In this document: in pieces, positions 39,416-40,450 of the stretch
Position numbering within the stretch: the first letter of the stretch is position 1
How the letters are laid out: each line of letters begins with the position of its first letter
Source of the DNA: a virus
Taxonomy: Duplodnaviria > Heunggongvirae > Uroviricota > Caudoviricetes
Length of the DNA: 40,450 nucleotides
Virus record (IMG/VR): IMGVR_UViG_2541047969_000017
Reading direction: 5' to 3' (one strand)
Made by a program: the position numbers and the translations under genes
The notes under the pieces: model-generated
What the model saw: only the letters and a program-made list of their open reading frames with translations
Databases searched by the model: none
What the model was told of the DNA's origin: nothing

Positions 39416-40450
39416 TCAAGGAGGTGAGATTGTAGAGGCGTTACCTTGTTCTATCACACCAGACCTAATCTTGTAACTACCAAGGATGTTGACCGTTTTA
39501 TTATTTTTCATCGCGTCAAAAATTAAGCCTATTTCATCAGGGTCATTGATAAAACTGGTATCAACATAGATCGGGAATGAATCATCACCTGTTGGCTCAT
39601 GGCAGCTTAACGTTAGCTTATCGGCTGAGCGTTTTATACTATCAATGACAACTTCCAATGTTTGCTGCTCTGACTTAGCCTTTTCAATTGGGTTCTTGAT
39701 GATTTCTTGAACCTGACCTTGCGAAAGTTCAATATTGCTGGCCCCGCGGATCGTCACTTTGTCTGCATCAGATGCACCTTTAAGAACTCCAGTGTATGCC
39801 TTAGCGGTGTGCTCTTGGATACCTTCGGCGCGCTCTATCGTATCAATACCTTCATGTGCTTTTATTGCAGACAGCATACCATCGCGTAGAATTGTCATCC
39901 GCTCGGATTCTGCTCGCTGTTTTGCTTCTTCCTGTTGTAACTCAATAGTTTTGGTTTCGACTTGTGTCTGATGATCTAAGTAGGACGTACCGACCCATGC
40001 GCCGCCTAAAACTAAGACAGCAAACAGGAAACACATTGTTTTCTGTCTTGGGCTCATACCTTGTGTTACCTTCTCAAATGCGTTACCAAAGGAATCAATA
40101 AGTTCTTTAACTGAGGTGATAATTTCTGTACAGCCAGGTTTGATAGTAAAAACCAACTCTGCAGCTTCTCTATCCTCAGCAGTGAGCTTCTGTAAGTTAG
40201 AGGTTTTGTACTTGATTAGAGTAAAAACCTTGTACATCTCAGTTTGAAATTCACAAATACCCTGTGCCAAACCTGCAGGCAGAGTACCATTATACTTATC
40301 TTCATCACCAAAAAATTTGAAATCAATACTTTCTAAGAAGTTTAACTTCAAATTTTCAATGTGGATTTCTTCGCCTGAAATAACTCGGTCGAAAATATTT
40401 CCTATATCATCAATATCATTGATTTCATAGGTCTGAATTGCATCTTCCAT
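39416..40450 (-). CDS. Hypothetical membrane protein with one central transmembrane segment, AT-rich; start at or beyond the window edge
   Basis: Minus-strand track ORF, 344 aa, whose first codon is the last three bases of the window, so the true N-terminus may lie outside; central hydrophobic segment MCFLFAVLVLGGAWVGTSYL; no recognisable catalytic motif. Confidence 0.55.
   Translation of the reverse strand: MEDAIQTYEINDIDDIGNIFDRVISGEEIHIENLKLNFLESIDFKFFGDEDKYNGTLPAGLAQGICEFQTEMYKVFTLIKYKTSNLQKLTAEDREAAELVFTIKPGCTEIITSVKELIDSFGNAFEKVTQGMSPRQKTMCFLFAVLVLGGAWVGTSYLDHQTQVETKTIELQQEEAKQRAESERMTILRDGMLSAIKAHEGIDTIERAEGIQEHTAKAYTGVLKGASDADKVTIRGASNIELSQGQVQEIIKNPIEKAKSEQQTLEVVIDSIKRSADKLTLSCHEPTGDDSFPIYVDTSFINDPDEIGLIFDAMKNNKTVNILGSYKIRSGVIEQGNASTISPP

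Noticed and set aside
1-40450. tRNA or rRNA genes, integrase, and attachment sites
   Set aside because: No cloverleaf-like sequence with a CCA-type acceptor end, no tyrosine or serine recombinase ORF, and no recognisable att core were seen; the window appears to end before the prophage boundaries.

Overview
This window is a lambdoid prophage segment of enterobacterial (E. coli/Shigella-like) type, read by eye from the sequence and the supplied ORF track; no searches were run and all family assignments are from recalled motifs. Left to right: two leftward early genes (1-1013, minus strand); a ~3.8 kb stretch (about 1400-5230) with no credible ORF on either strand, sitting where the immunity and replication genes would normally be; a nin-like block on the plus strand (PerC-like regulator, Dam methyltransferase, LexA-like binder, RusA, KilA-N protein, DUF968 protein, antiterminator Q); a minus-strand lipoprotein, a small putative DNA-binding protein and a second DNA methyltransferase; a phage-21-type lysis cassette (pinholin, SAR endolysin, Rz with embedded Rz1); a lambda-like cos site; head genes (terminase small and large, gpW-like, portal, protease-capsid fusion, DUF2190, FII-like); a complete lambda-type tail module (Z, U, V, G, T, H, M, L, K, I, J, lom); a side-tail-fibre gene split by a complete 1331-bp IS2 with 5-bp target duplication; a second fibre protein with a self-cleaving chaperone domain; and, at the right edge, two AT-rich minus-strand genes for membrane-anchored proteins of unknown function. 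The two best candidates for something undescribed are the ORF-free stretch, whose composition looks foreign to the rest of the window, and the right-edge membrane-protein pair. No tRNA, rRNA, CRISPR array or integrase was found. Coordinates derived by counting may be off by 1 nt.
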